Assembly (NCBI RefSeq): GCF_900187275.1
Contig: NZ_LT906458.1
Coordinates: 1,680,001 to 1,712,000, forward strand
Length of the DNA stretch: 32,000 nt
Direction of reading: 5' to 3'
Source: Pasteurella multocida
GTDB taxonomy: Bacteria > Pseudomonadota > Gammaproteobacteria > Enterobacterales > Pasteurellaceae
Shown: positions 1 to 9,291 of the stretch, in pieces
How positions within the stretch are numbered: position 1 is the stretch's first letter
Layout of the letters: every line of letters starts with the position of its first letter
The notes under the pieces: model-generated
Databases searched by the model: none
What the model was told of the DNA's origin: nothing
Seen by the model: the letters and a program-made list of their open reading frames with translations, nothing else
Made by a program: the position numbers and the translations under genes

Positions 1-301
1 AGGTATAAACAATCCAATGTCGATTGAAGCAGCGCTTGAAATGGGCATTACAGCAGTAAAATTCTTTCCAGCCGAAGCTTCTGGTGGCGTAAGAATGATT
101 AAAGCCTTACTGGGTCCTTATGCACAATTACAAATCATGCCAACAGGGGGAATTAGTTTACATAACATTCAAGAGTATTTAGCAATCCCAAATGTTGTCG
201 CTTGTGGTGGTTCTTGGTTTGTAGAGAAAAAATTAATTCAAGAGAAAAATTGGGAAGAAATTGGACGTTTAGTTCGTGAAGTTTTAGACAAAATTAAGTA
301 A
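1..301 (+). CDS. eda: 2-dehydro-3-deoxy-phosphogluconate (KDPG) aldolase, C-terminal part; 5' end lies before the window
   Basis: Frame is open from base 2 (GINNPMSIEAALEMGITAVKFFPAEASGGVRMIKALLGPY...MPTGGI), typical of the Eda family; the ATG at 17 is internal. Confidence 0.93.
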   Translation, partial: GINNPMSIEAALEMGITAVKFFPAEASGGVRMIKALLGPYAQLQIMPTGGISLHNIQEYLAIPNVVACGGSWFVEKKLIQEKNWEEIGRLVREVLDKIK

Positions 302-315
302 TGACCCTATCAAAT

Positions 316-345
316 AAAAATGCGAGTAATTAACTCGCATTTTTT
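316..345. terminator. Rho-independent, probably bidirectional terminator between convergent eda and proS
   Basis: AAAAATGCGAGT-aatta-ACTCGCATTTTTT, stem flanked by A and T runs. Confidence 0.85.
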
Positions 346-362
346 GTTGTCTATTCTTCGAC

Positions 363-2078
363 TTAGCTGGCGAATTTCGCCTTTAAGACGTCTAATAATT
401 GATCTTTGGCAATCATTTCTTTTTCACCAGAACGACGATATTTATATTCAATTTCACCTTTCTCGAGATTTTTCTCACCAATCACGATCATATGTGGCAC
501 GCCGATCAATTCCATATCCGCAAACATCACACCGGGACGCTCTTTACGATCATCAAAAATCACTTCCACGCCTTGGGCAGTTAAAGTGCGGTATAATTCT
601 TCCGCAAATTGTTGCACGCTTTCCGATTTATGCATATTCATCGGCACAATCGCCACTTTGAATGGGGCAATATTGTCTGGCCAAATAATGCCACGCTCAT
701 CATGATGCTGTTCAATCGCAGCCGCAATCACACGAGTGACACCAATCCCATAACAGCCCATAATCATGGTTTGCGGGCGACCATCTTCACCTTGTACAGT
801 GGCGTTCATTGCCGCAGAATATTTGGTGCCTAATTGGAAAATATGCCCAACCTCGATACCACGTTTGATTTGTAGCACACCTTTACCATCTGGACTTGGA
901 TCGCCTTCCACTACATTACGCAAATCGGCAATGTGTGGCACAGGTAAATCACGTTCCCAGTTAATACCAAAATAATGTTTGCCATCTTGATTCGCACCGG
1001 CTGAGAAGTTATCCATATTGGCGACGGTGCGATCAATCACAATCGGCATTGGTAAATTGATTGGACCTAGCGACCCCGTCCCTGCACCAACTACTGCACG
1101 GATTTCTTCGTCTGTGGCGAATTGTAATGGGCTTGCCACAATATCGACTTTTTCCGCTTTAATTTCATTCAGTTCGTGATCACCACGTACTAACAAGGCC
1201 ACTAACTTGTGACCACTTTCTTCCGTCGCGTGGACGACTAAGGTTTTGACGGTTTTTTCAATCGGTTGATTAAATTGTTCTACCAATTCCGCAATGGTTT
1301 TTGCATTAGGCGTATCCACGACACGTAATTCTTCTGTTGCCGCACCACGTTCACCTAATGCCACCGCTTCGGCAAGTTCAATGTTTGCGGCAAAATCTGA
1401 CTCGGTGGAAAACACCACATCATCTTCACCACTTTGTGCTAACACTTGGAATTCATGAGATGCACTCCCACCAATTGAACCTGTATCCGCTTGCACTGCG
1501 CGAAAATCTAACCCTAAGCGGTTAAAAATATTCGAATAGGTTTCATACATCACATCATAAGTATTTTGCAAACACTCATGAGTAGTATGGAAAGAGTATG
1601 CATCTTTCATCACAAACTCACGCGAACGCATTACGCCGAAACGCGGACGAACTTCATCACGGAATTTGGTTTGAATATGATATAAATTCAATGGTAACTG
1701 CTTATAAGAACTCAATTCACGGCGCACTAAATCGGTAATCACTTCTTCATTGGTTGGTCCAATCACAAAATCACGCTCGCCACGATCTTTAAAACGCAAT
1801 AACTCCGGACCATACTCTTCCCAACGACCAGACTCTTGCCATAATTCTGCTGGTTGCGTGACCGCCATTTTCACTTCTAACGCACCGCTTTTATCCATTT
1901 CTTCACGGATAATCTTTTCTACTTTATTTAAGACACGCAACCCGGTCGGCAACCAAGTATAGAGCCCCGATGCTAACGGACGAATCATGCCCGCACGTAA
2001 CATTAATTGATGGCTAACAATACTCGCCTCAGCAGGCGTTTCTTTTAAGGTTGAGAATAAATATTGACTTGTACGCAT
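363..2078 (-). CDS. proS: Prolyl-tRNA synthetase
   Basis: 571 aa; [50 protein letters not shown] is characteristic of bacterial ProS. Confidence 0.97.
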   Translation of the reverse strand: MRTSQYLFSTLKETPAEASIVSHQLMLRAGMIRPLASGLYTWLPTGLRVLNKVEKIIREEMDKSGALEVKMAVTQPAELWQESGRWEEYGPELLRFKDRGERDFVIGPTNEEVITDLVRRELSSYKQLPLNLYHIQTKFRDEVRPRFGVMRSREFVMKDAYSFHTTHECLQNTYDVMYETYSNIFNRLGLDFRAVQADTGSIGGSASHEFQVLAQSGEDDVVFSTESDFAANIELAEAVALGERGAATEELRVVDTPNAKTIAELVEQFNQPIEKTVKTLVVHATEESGHKLVALLVRGDHELNEIKAEKVDIVASPLQFATDEEIRAVVGAGTGSLGPINLPMPIVIDRTVANMDNFSAGANQDGKHYFGINWERDLPVPHIADLRNVVEGDPSPDGKGVLQIKRGIEVGHIFQLGTKYSAAMNATVQGEDGRPQTMIMGCYGIGVTRVIAAAIEQHHDERGIIWPDNIAPFKVAIVPMNMHKSESVQQFAEELYRTLTAQGVEVIFDDRKERPGVMFADMELIGVPHMIVIGEKNLEKGEIEYKYRRSGEKEMIAKDQLLDVLKAKFAS

Positions 2079-2319
2079 TGAGATACCTGTAAATGAAAAA
2101 CGGTTTATAAATCGAAAAAATTGTGGGTTAGTTTATCACTGTGTGGGGTTTGCACAAAGAGTTATACGCAAATTTGCACATAAAAATGTAGAATGAAATC
2201 GCCTGTGAATACCACTTTTTCCCCTTGGATAACTCTGTTTTCAACAGATAAAAAAGAGGCAATAAAAATAGGTTAAATGAAAGGTATCACTTAACCTATT
2301 ACTTGATTTTACGAGACAA

Positions 2320-3789
2320 TTAATAATGTTGTTGTAAAAGTACTAAATAACGCTGATAAACTCGCTCATATTCCACCGCACTTTTTGGATTAGGTTGTAC
2401 AAGAGATGTCGTATCAAGATGCACAAAGGCGTGACATAAATCAGCTAAAGCCCCTTCACCATTCACCCACATGGCTTGGATTGCGCCACCGAGTGCAGCG
2501 GCTTCGTCTTCTTTCAAACAAACCACTTCAGTATTCATGATATCCGCAATCATTTGACGCCATACCGCACTTTTAGCTCCCCCACCAATTAAACGGATTT
2601 GTGAAGTCGATAAGCCGGCTTGACGGAATAAATCTAAGCCGTAACGTAAAGTAAAACTGGCAGCTTCCATCATCGCTCGGCATAAATTCGGTTGAGTAAA
2701 ATTGGCTGCATCCACCCCTAAAATACTCGCCTTAGCTTGTGGCAATGGCGGAACACGTTCACCATTAAAGAAAGGCAGAATGGTGATACCCTCTGCACCA
2801 ATTGGGCTTTGTTGAATAAATTCGTTAAATTTAGCCACATCAATCTGTAATAAATCCATCAGATTTTTATTGGCAGAGGTCATGTTCATCACACAAACCA
2901 AGGGTAACCAACCGTCTGTACTTGAACAGAAATTGGCAATTTCCATCGGTAAATCCGTGAGTGGTTTATCGGTATAGGCATAGAGTGTGCCTGAGGTGCC
3001 TAAACTCATCGTTACAATACCTTGCTGAATATTGCCCGTCCCAATCGCCCCCATCATATTATCGCCACCACCCGTGGACACAATAACATTTTCTGATAAG
3101 CCTAATAGGGCGGCAATTTCAGCACGTACCTGACCAATCTTTTGTTGGGCAGAACGTAATGGCGGTAAAACTTGATGTGGGTCTAATTCTGGCGCCAGTA
3201 ATTTAAACGCCTCGAGATGCCACTGACGTTGCACCACATCAAAATAACCTGTCCCTGAGGCATCACCATATTCCATACAAAAATGTCCCGTTAGCCAATA
3301 ATTCAAATAATCATGTGGGAGCATGATTTTGGCTATACGACGATATTGTTCAGGATACTGCTTTCTAAACCATAAAATTTTTGAGGCGGTATAGCCTGTT
3401 TGGGGCATGATACCTAACTGTGAGAACGCTTTTTCTTGACCGCCCAACAATCGGATAAATTCCGCATTTTCAGCCGCAGTTTCGGTATCACACCAAAGTT
3501 TTGCATTGTATAACGGTTGATCATTGTCATCTAACAGCACCAAACCATGCTGTTGCCCCGAGACTCCAATCCCTTTAATCAAGTGCGGTTCGATTTGGGC
3601 GAGTTTTATCGCTTGTTGATATGCGCTGACTAAGGCGTCCGTCCACCATTGAGGCTGTTGTTCACGGCGACCTTCACTATTTTCAATGATCGTATGCGGC
3701 GCATAGCCCACACCAATCACCTGTCTCTGCTGGCTATCTACCACGATGACTTTAGTACCTTGTGTACCACAATCAATGCCGATATACAT
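2320..3789 (-). CDS. xylB: Xylulokinase
   Basis: FGGY kinase (MYIGIDCGTQGTKVIVVD..., GGGDNMMGAIGTG, GGGAKSAVWRQMIADI). Start placed at the ATG at 3789 rather than the ORF-track start at 3828, whose extra N-terminus reads through the intercistronic hairpin. Confidence 0.95.
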   Translation of the reverse strand: MYIGIDCGTQGTKVIVVDSQQRQVIGVGYAPHTIIENSEGRREQQPQWWTDALVSAYQQAIKLAQIEPHLIKGIGVSGQQHGLVLLDDNDQPLYNAKLWCDTETAAENAEFIRLLGGQEKAFSQLGIMPQTGYTASKILWFRKQYPEQYRRIAKIMLPHDYLNYWLTGHFCMEYGDASGTGYFDVVQRQWHLEAFKLLAPELDPHQVLPPLRSAQQKIGQVRAEIAALLGLSENVIVSTGGGDNMMGAIGTGNIQQGIVTMSLGTSGTLYAYTDKPLTDLPMEIANFCSSTDGWLPLVCVMNMTSANKNLMDLLQIDVAKFNEFIQQSPIGAEGITILPFFNGERVPPLPQAKASILGVDAANFTQPNLCRAMMEAASFTLRYGLDLFRQAGLSTSQIRLIGGGAKSAVWRQMIADIMNTEVVCLKEDEAAALGGAIQAMWVNGEGALADLCHAFVHLDTTSLVQPNPKSAVEYERVYQRYLVLLQQHY

Positions 3790-3803
3790 ATTCTTTCCCC
3801 CTA

Positions 3804-3846
3804 AAAAGTGCGGTATAAAATATAACAAAAATTATACCGCACTTTT
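3804..3846 (-). terminator. Intercistronic hairpin built from two inverted uptake sequences, between xylA and xylB (attenuator-like)
   Basis: AAAAGTGCGGTATAA (3804-3818) and TTATACCGCACTTTT (3832-3846) form a 15-bp perfect stem; reading on -, it is followed by a short T run. Confidence 0.7.
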
Positions 3847-3851
3847 ATGAT

Positions 3852-5174
3852 CTATTTACTGAAAATATAGTGATTAACGAGGTTTTCCAAATACTCTTGT
3901 TGACCTGAAATAGGTTGTGGATCGAATCCCTGCACTTCTACTCGCTGAGCCAGCTCAGCTAACGAAGTTTGACCTAGTAAGATTTGTTGACCAAGTGATG
4001 ATGTCCAACCAGCATAACGTTGATTGACGACTTTTTGTAAAGCTTGCTCTTCAAGCATTTTCGCCGCACATTTTAGTGATAAGGCAAGTACATCAATCGC
4101 GCCAATATGTCCATGAAATAAATCGTAAGGATCCGTACTCTGCCGACGGATTTTAGCATCAAAATTAAAACCACCGGTTGTAAAGCCCCCTGCTTTGAGA
4201 ATTTCATATATGACCAAAGTATTTTCTTCTACGCTATTAGGGAATTGATCGGTATCCCAACCTAATTGTGGATCACCACGATTTGCATCAATAGAACCAA
4301 AAATATCTAACGCTGTAGCCATGGCGACTTCATGCTGGAAAGTGTGTCCAGCTAATGTTGCGTGATTAGCTTCAATATTCACTTTAATTTCTTTTTCTAA
4401 ACCAAACTGCTTTAAAAAGCCATAAACGGTCGCCACATCATAGTCATATTGATGTTTCGTTGGCTCTTGTGGCTTTGGTTCAATCAGCAAAGTCCCGTTA
4501 AAACCGATTTTATATTTATGCTCAACCACCATTTGCATGAAACGTCCAATTTGCTCTCGCTCCTGTTTTAAATTGGTATTTAATAACGTTTCATATCCTT
4601 CACGTCCTCCCCACAAAACATAATTTTCACCACCTAAACGCTGAGTTGCCCCCATGGCAGTAAATACTTGTGCAGCAGCCCAAGCAAAAATTTCTGGATT
4701 CGGATTTGTTGCAGCACCAGACATATAACGAGGGTGTGTAAAACAATTTGCAGTCCCCCACAACAATTTGACGCCTGTTTCTTCTTGTTTCTGCGCTAAA
4801 ACATCGATCATTGTATTAAAGTTCGACAAATATTCTTTAAATGAATGACCTTCTGGCGCAACATCAACATCATGAAAACAATAATAAGGTATGCCTAATT
4901 TACTGAAAAATTCAAAAGCGATATCTGCTTTTTGTTTTGCACCTGCTAATGAATCACTCGCCTTCTGCCAACAACGATCGAAAGAACCGACACCGAACAT
5001 ATCATTCCCTGTCCAACAGAAAGTGTGCCAATAACAGACGGCTAAACGTAAGTGTTCAGCCATCGTCTTACCTAAAATAACTTGATTAGCATCATAATGC
5101 TTATATGCAAACGGATTAGATGAAGTTACACCTTCATAATTTACTTTTTCAATTTTGTCGAAGTAAGTGGACAT
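3852..5174 (-). CDS. xylA: Xylose isomerase
   Basis: 440 aa; [15 protein letters not shown]...[10 protein letters not shown]...[12 protein letters not shown]...[12 protein letters not shown], typical XylA. Confidence 0.97.
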   Translation of the reverse strand: MSTYFDKIEKVNYEGVTSSNPFAYKHYDANQVILGKTMAEHLRLAVCYWHTFCWTGNDMFGVGSFDRCWQKASDSLAGAKQKADIAFEFFSKLGIPYYCFHDVDVAPEGHSFKEYLSNFNTMIDVLAQKQEETGVKLLWGTANCFTHPRYMSGAATNPNPEIFAWAAAQVFTAMGATQRLGGENYVLWGGREGYETLLNTNLKQEREQIGRFMQMVVEHKYKIGFNGTLLIEPKPQEPTKHQYDYDVATVYGFLKQFGLEKEIKVNIEANHATLAGHTFQHEVAMATALDIFGSIDANRGDPQLGWDTDQFPNSVEENTLVIYEILKAGGFTTGGFNFDAKIRRQSTDPYDLFHGHIGAIDVLALSLKCAAKMLEEQALQKVVNQRYAGWTSSLGQQILLGQTSLAELAQRVEVQGFDPQPISGQQEYLENLVNHYIFSK

Positions 5175-5237
5175 AAATGATTTCTCCTGAACAAATAAGT
5201 TTCAGAGACATAATTTAGTAAAACAATGGGAGGATCA

Positions 5238-5334
5238 ATTACGTTATTTCACTTAACAATTAAGATTATTGGTTATTGTGGCTTATATCACAAAAAAGAA
5301 AAAACGTAATAGAAATACCAGATTTAACAATTCC
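5238..5334. promoter_or_regulatory. xyl-type control region, copy 1: CRP-like site (5277-5292) flanked by inverted 13-mers (5238-5250 and 5298-5310)
   Basis: TGTGGCTTATATCACA matches the CRP consensus pattern TGTGA-N6-TCACA with one mismatch; ATTACGTTATTTC and GAAAAAACGTAAT are inverted 12/13 matches. Lies between xylA (-) and the lyase gene (+). Confidence 0.75.
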
Positions 5335-5388
5335 AACAATCTACCTCAAGTTCTAAAGTTTATATAAATCCAATATTGGAGAACATGT

Positions 5389-6579
5389 ATGACGGATAAT
5401 TTGTTTGATGTTTTTACTGATAGATCAGATTGTCATAGTGCTAAATGGGCAATTACTCGTAAATACGGCAAGGATATGATTTCAATGTCTGTTGCAGATA
5501 TGGATTTACCTGCGCCTCAAATGCTCATCAATTATTTAGCAAAACAAAATAGAACTGGAATCTATGGCTATACGGTATTACCTGATAATTACCATAATAT
5601 TGTAAGAAGATATTTACTTCGCCATTATCAGTATGAGATCGCAAATGAGTACATTATTTTTTGCCCGAGAATCATTCAAGCGATTTCTATTTATATTAAA
5701 GAGTTTACTTTTCCAACAGAAAGTATCGCTATTCTAACACCCTCATATGCACCTATTGTCAACGCTATCTTATTAAATAAACGAACAGTTGAATCTTGTG
5801 CATTAATTTATCAAGCAGGCAAATATACGATTGATTTCTCTCAATTAGAAAAATGTTTCCAAATAGCCAAAACGTTTATTTTAATCTCACCACATAATCC
5901 AACCGGTACCGTCTGGTCACATCGTGATTTACAACGAATTGCTACGTTAGCTGAAAAATATGGTGTGTTTATTTTATCTGATGATGTTCATGCTGATTTC
6001 GATTTTTCTGGTAGCAAACATATCATCATTTCGGCAATAAGCTCATATGTTGAAAAACATTCAATCATTTGTACATCGCCCGCCAAAACATTCAATATTC
6101 CCGGACTAGAAATTTCCAATTTACTTATTTGCAATAAAAATGTCAGAGATAAATTTCAAGGTCATATGCAAGCTTTAGGTATGCATAATCCAAATTTCTT
6201 TTCCATTCCAGCACTTCAGATTGCCTATCAATATTGTGACGACTGGCTTGATGAATTAAGAGATTATATTTTTCATAACAAATTGATTGTCAAAAACTTT
6301 TTCACCCAGGAGATACCACAACTAGAGATGATAAACAGTGAAGGAACTTATCTTATTTGGGTTAATTATAGCAAGCTACAGATCAGTGAAGAAAAATTGA
6401 GACATTGGTTTCTTGATTTATCCCGTATTGAGGTGTCTTGGGGAAGTGATTTCGGTAAAGAAGGTCTGTCTTTTTTTAGAATGAATGTCGCTATGCCACG
6501 TGCTTTATTAAAAGAGAGTTTGGAAAGAATGAAACAAGGTCTAGCGTTATTAATGCAAGAGGAGCTTAATCATGAATAA
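5389..6579 (+). CDS. PLP-dependent MalY/PatB-family aminotransferase-fold protein (putative cystathionine beta-lyase / C-S lyase)
   Basis: 396 aa; MTDNLFDVFTDRSDCHSAKWAITRKYG..., SVADMDLPAP, SPHNPTGTVW, CTSPAKTFNIPGLEISNLL (PLP lysine motif). Confidence 0.88.
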   Translation: MTDNLFDVFTDRSDCHSAKWAITRKYGKDMISMSVADMDLPAPQMLINYLAKQNRTGIYGYTVLPDNYHNIVRRYLLRHYQYEIANEYIIFCPRIIQAISIYIKEFTFPTESIAILTPSYAPIVNAILLNKRTVESCALIYQAGKYTIDFSQLEKCFQIAKTFILISPHNPTGTVWSHRDLQRIATLAEKYGVFILSDDVHADFDFSGSKHIIISAISSYVEKHSIICTSPAKTFNIPGLEISNLLICNKNVRDKFQGHMQALGMHNPNFFSIPALQIAYQYCDDWLDELRDYIFHNKLIVKNFFTQEIPQLEMINSEGTYLIWVNYSKLQISEEKLRHWFLDLSRIEVSWGSDFGKEGLSFFRMNVAMPRALLKESLERMKQGLALLMQEELNHE

Positions 6580-7975
6580 TGAAATAAAAACCCCCACATT
6601 ACCACAAGCTTTATCTCCTATATTGGTTATGTTGGTTCTATTAGGTTTAGGTTATGCATTCTTTGACTTACCGCCTGAACCATTGATGGTAATTTCCTGT
6701 GTCTTTGCTGGATTTTTAGTAAAACATTTAGGGTACAATTACAGCGATATCTTAAACGCGATCGCAGCTAAAATAGCTAAAACAATGCCCGCATTGTTAA
6801 TTTTAATTACTGTTGGATTATTAATCGGTACTTGGATTGCTGGCGGTACAATCCCTATGATGATTTATTACGGTTTAAAAATTATCGACCCTCAATTCTT
6901 ATATATCACCGCACTTGTTTTAACCTCTATTGTATCTGTTTGTACTGGTACATCTTGGGGATCGGCTGGCACTGTTGGTGTTGCCTTTATGGGCGTGGCA
7001 ATCGGATTAGATGCGAATTTAGCAGCAACGGCAGGTGCAGTCGTTGCGGGTGCATATTTTGGAGATAAATTATCGCCATTATCCGATACAACAAACATTG
7101 CTTCAGCTGCAACGGGTGTTGATCTTTATGAACATATCGCTCATTTGCTTTATACCACGCTACCTTCTTTCATACTGTCAGCGATCATTTATGTTATTTA
7201 CGGTATGAGCGGTAATTTTCATGATGTTGCAACACCAGAAAAGGTGTTAGCGATGCTTGCAGGATTAGAACAGATTTACCATTTTAATGTCATTTTGTTA
7301 ATTATTCCTGTCATCATTATTCTATGGGGATCCATTACTAAAAAACCAACAATTCCTGTAATGCTGCTTTCAGCCGCTATTGCAATATTAAATGCATTAG
7401 TTATTCAAGGCTTTTCATTACATGATGTGGTCAATAGTGCAGTTAACGGTTTTAATGTTTCAATGATCAAAAGTGACATACCAATTAGTGCTGATTTAGC
7501 TCGACTCCTCAATCGAGGCGGAATGAATTCTATGATGGGAACGTTATTAATCTGTTTCTGTGCATTATCTTTTGCGGGTATTTTGTCACTGAGCGGCGCG
7601 TTAGACGTGATCATCAACTATTTGCTTAAACTAGTAAAATCAACAGCATCTTTAATCTTTGCGACTATCCTTTGCGGATTAACAATGATTGGGGTGACAT
7701 GTAATGGACAAATTTCTATCTTAATTCCAGGCGAAATGTTAAAAGAGGCTTACACTGAACGCGGATTACATCCTAAAAACCTCAGTCGAACCGTTGAAGA
7801 CTCTGCTACAGTCATTGAGCCGATCCTACCTTGGACAGCCGCGGGGGCATATATGGCAGGTACACTCGGTGTAGCCACACTCTCTTATCTACCTTGGGCT
7901 GTATTATGTTGGAGTGGTATTGTCTTTGCGATGTTATGGGGAATGACTGGATTTGGTATTGCAAAATTAAAATAA
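6572..7975 (+). CDS. NhaC-family Na+/H+ antiporter-like transporter
   Basis: 467 aa polytopic protein; GTSWGSAGTVGVAFMGVA, AGAYFGDKLSPLSDTTNIASAATGVDLYEHI is an NhaC family signature. ATG overlaps the upstream stop by 8 nt, with AGAGGAG ahead. Confidence 0.88.
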   Translation: MNNEIKTPTLPQALSPILVMLVLLGLGYAFFDLPPEPLMVISCVFAGFLVKHLGYNYSDILNAIAAKIAKTMPALLILITVGLLIGTWIAGGTIPMMIYYGLKIIDPQFLYITALVLTSIVSVCTGTSWGSAGTVGVAFMGVAIGLDANLAATAGAVVAGAYFGDKLSPLSDTTNIASAATGVDLYEHIAHLLYTTLPSFILSAIIYVIYGMSGNFHDVATPEKVLAMLAGLEQIYHFNVILLIIPVIIILWGSITKKPTIPVMLLSAAIAILNALVIQGFSLHDVVNSAVNGFNVSMIKSDIPISADLARLLNRGGMNSMMGTLLICFCALSFAGILSLSGALDVIINYLLKLVKSTASLIFATILCGLTMIGVTCNGQISILIPGEMLKEAYTERGLHPKNLSRTVEDSATVIEPILPWTAAGAYMAGTLGVATLSYLPWAVLCWSGIVFAMLWGMTGFGIAKLK

Positions 7976-7999
7976 GTCCTCTTTTTTAGGAGGAATGAT

Positions 8000-8034
8000 A
8001 TCACCGTTCATAGCGTTGAACGGTGATTTTTTTA
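8000..8034 (+). terminator. Rho-independent terminator after the NhaC-family gene
   Basis: ATCACCGTTCA-tagcgt-TGAACGGTGAT followed by TTTTTTT. Confidence 0.85.
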
Positions 8035-8049
8035 TTGCTAATAAAAGAC

Positions 8050-8146
8050 ATTATGTTACTTCACTCCGGATTTTAGATTATTCGTTATTGTGGCTCATAT
8101 CACAAAAAAGAAAAAACGTAATGCTATTACAAGATCTGATAATTGC
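8050..8146. promoter_or_regulatory. xyl-type control region, copy 2, upstream of xylF: CRP-like site (8089-8104) and flanking 13-mers (8050-8062 and 8110-8122)
   Basis: TGTGGCTCATATCACA then GAAAAAACGTAAT; left arm ATTATGTTACTTC is degenerate. Aligns without gaps to copy 1 at an offset of 2812. Confidence 0.78.
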
Positions 8147-8231
8147 ACTTCATTTGCAATCTGCTCAAACTGGACATGAGTCAACAACGACGACTCAAAA
8201 TATCACTCATTTAACGACTTTGAGGTGGCTT

Positions 8232-9230
8232 ATGAAAATGAAATCCACATTATTAGCGATTGCTGCTGCATTAATGTTCTTAAACAATACTGTGTTGGCA
8301 AAAGATTTAAAAATCGGAATGTCTATTGATGATTTACGTTTAGAACGTTGGCAAAAAGATCGTGATATTTTTGTAAAAAAAGCCGAAGAATTAGGGGCAA
8401 AAGTCTTTGTACAATCTGCTAATGGTGATGCAGCTGCACAAATTTCTCAAATTGAAAATATGCTCAATAAGGATATTGATGTACTCGTAATTATTCCATT
8501 TAATGGCGAAGTATTGGGTAACGTTATATCAGAAGCGAAGAAAGAAGGCGTGAAAGTATTAGCTTATGATCGGTTAATTAATAATGCCGACATTGATTTC
8601 TATGTTTCTTTTGATAACGAAAAAGTCGGTGAGTTACAAGCACAAAGTATTATTGAGAAAAAACCCGAAGGGAACTATTTCTTAATGGGAGGCTCACCAG
8701 TGGATAATAATGCGAAATTATTCCGAAAAGGGCAAATGAAAATATTACAACCACATATTGATAGCGGCAAAGTTAAAGTAGTAGGCGATCAATGGGTTGA
8801 TTCTTGGTTAGCAGAAAAAGCCTTACAAATTATGGAAAATGCTCTGACGGCTAATAAAAATAACATTGACGCAGTCGTTGCATCAAATGATGCGACTGCT
8901 GGCGGGGCAATCCAAGCACTAAGTGCTCAAGGATTAGCAGGTAAAGTTGCAATTTCTGGACAGGATGCTGATTTAGCGGCAATTAAACGCATTATTGACG
9001 GTTCACAAACCATGACGGTTTACAAACCGATTACCAAGTTGGCAAATAAAGCTGCCGAAATTGCCGTCCAATTAGGTAAAGAACAAAAAATCGAGTCCAA
9101 TTCAGCACTTAATAATGGCATAAAAGAAGTCCCTAGTTACTTGTTAGAGCCAGTTATCGTCACAAAAGATAATATTGATGACACCGTCATCAAAGATGGT
9201 TTTCATAGTAAAACCGCAATTTATAAATAA
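8232..9230 (+). CDS. xylF: D-xylose ABC transporter, periplasmic binding protein
   Basis: MKMKSTLLAIAAALMFLNNTVLAKDLKIGMSIDDLRLERWQKDRDIFVKKAEELGAK; signal peptide, GAGGTGG ribosome site. The track's start at 7995 is rejected. Confidence 0.95.
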   Translation: MKMKSTLLAIAAALMFLNNTVLAKDLKIGMSIDDLRLERWQKDRDIFVKKAEELGAKVFVQSANGDAAAQISQIENMLNKDIDVLVIIPFNGEVLGNVISEAKKEGVKVLAYDRLINNADIDFYVSFDNEKVGELQAQSIIEKKPEGNYFLMGGSPVDNNAKLFRKGQMKILQPHIDSGKVKVVGDQWVDSWLAEKALQIMENALTANKNNIDAVVASNDATAGGAIQALSAQGLAGKVAISGQDADLAAIKRIIDGSQTMTVYKPITKLANKAAEIAVQLGKEQKIESNSALNNGIKEVPSYLLEPVIVTKDNIDDTVIKDGFHSKTAIYK

Positions 9231-9248
9231 TTCTTTCGACTCAAACAA

Positions 9249-9276
9249 GGTGGTAGATTATTTCTACCATCTTTTT
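9249..9276 (+). terminator. Intra-operon attenuator-like hairpin between xylF and xylG
   Basis: GGTGGTAGA-ttatt-TCTACCATC (9-bp stem with one G-U pair) followed by TTTTT. Confidence 0.65.
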
Positions 9277-9291
9277 AAGGAAAAATAGATT

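Noticed and set aside
320-833. Overlapping short ORFs on + opposite proS
   Set aside because: Low-complexity antisense frames over a well-conserved gene, with no independent ribosome site or family motif.
3789-3828. Longer N-terminus for xylB (MLYFIPHFLGGKN...)
   Set aside because: It would be encoded by the uptake-sequence hairpin; MYIGIDCGTQG at 3789 fits the family and has a purine-rich ribosome site.
7995-8231. N-terminal extension of the xylF ORF given in the track
   Set aside because: It overlaps the NhaC terminator and the CRP/XylR-like element; the ATG at 8232 has a ribosome site and starts a normal signal peptide.
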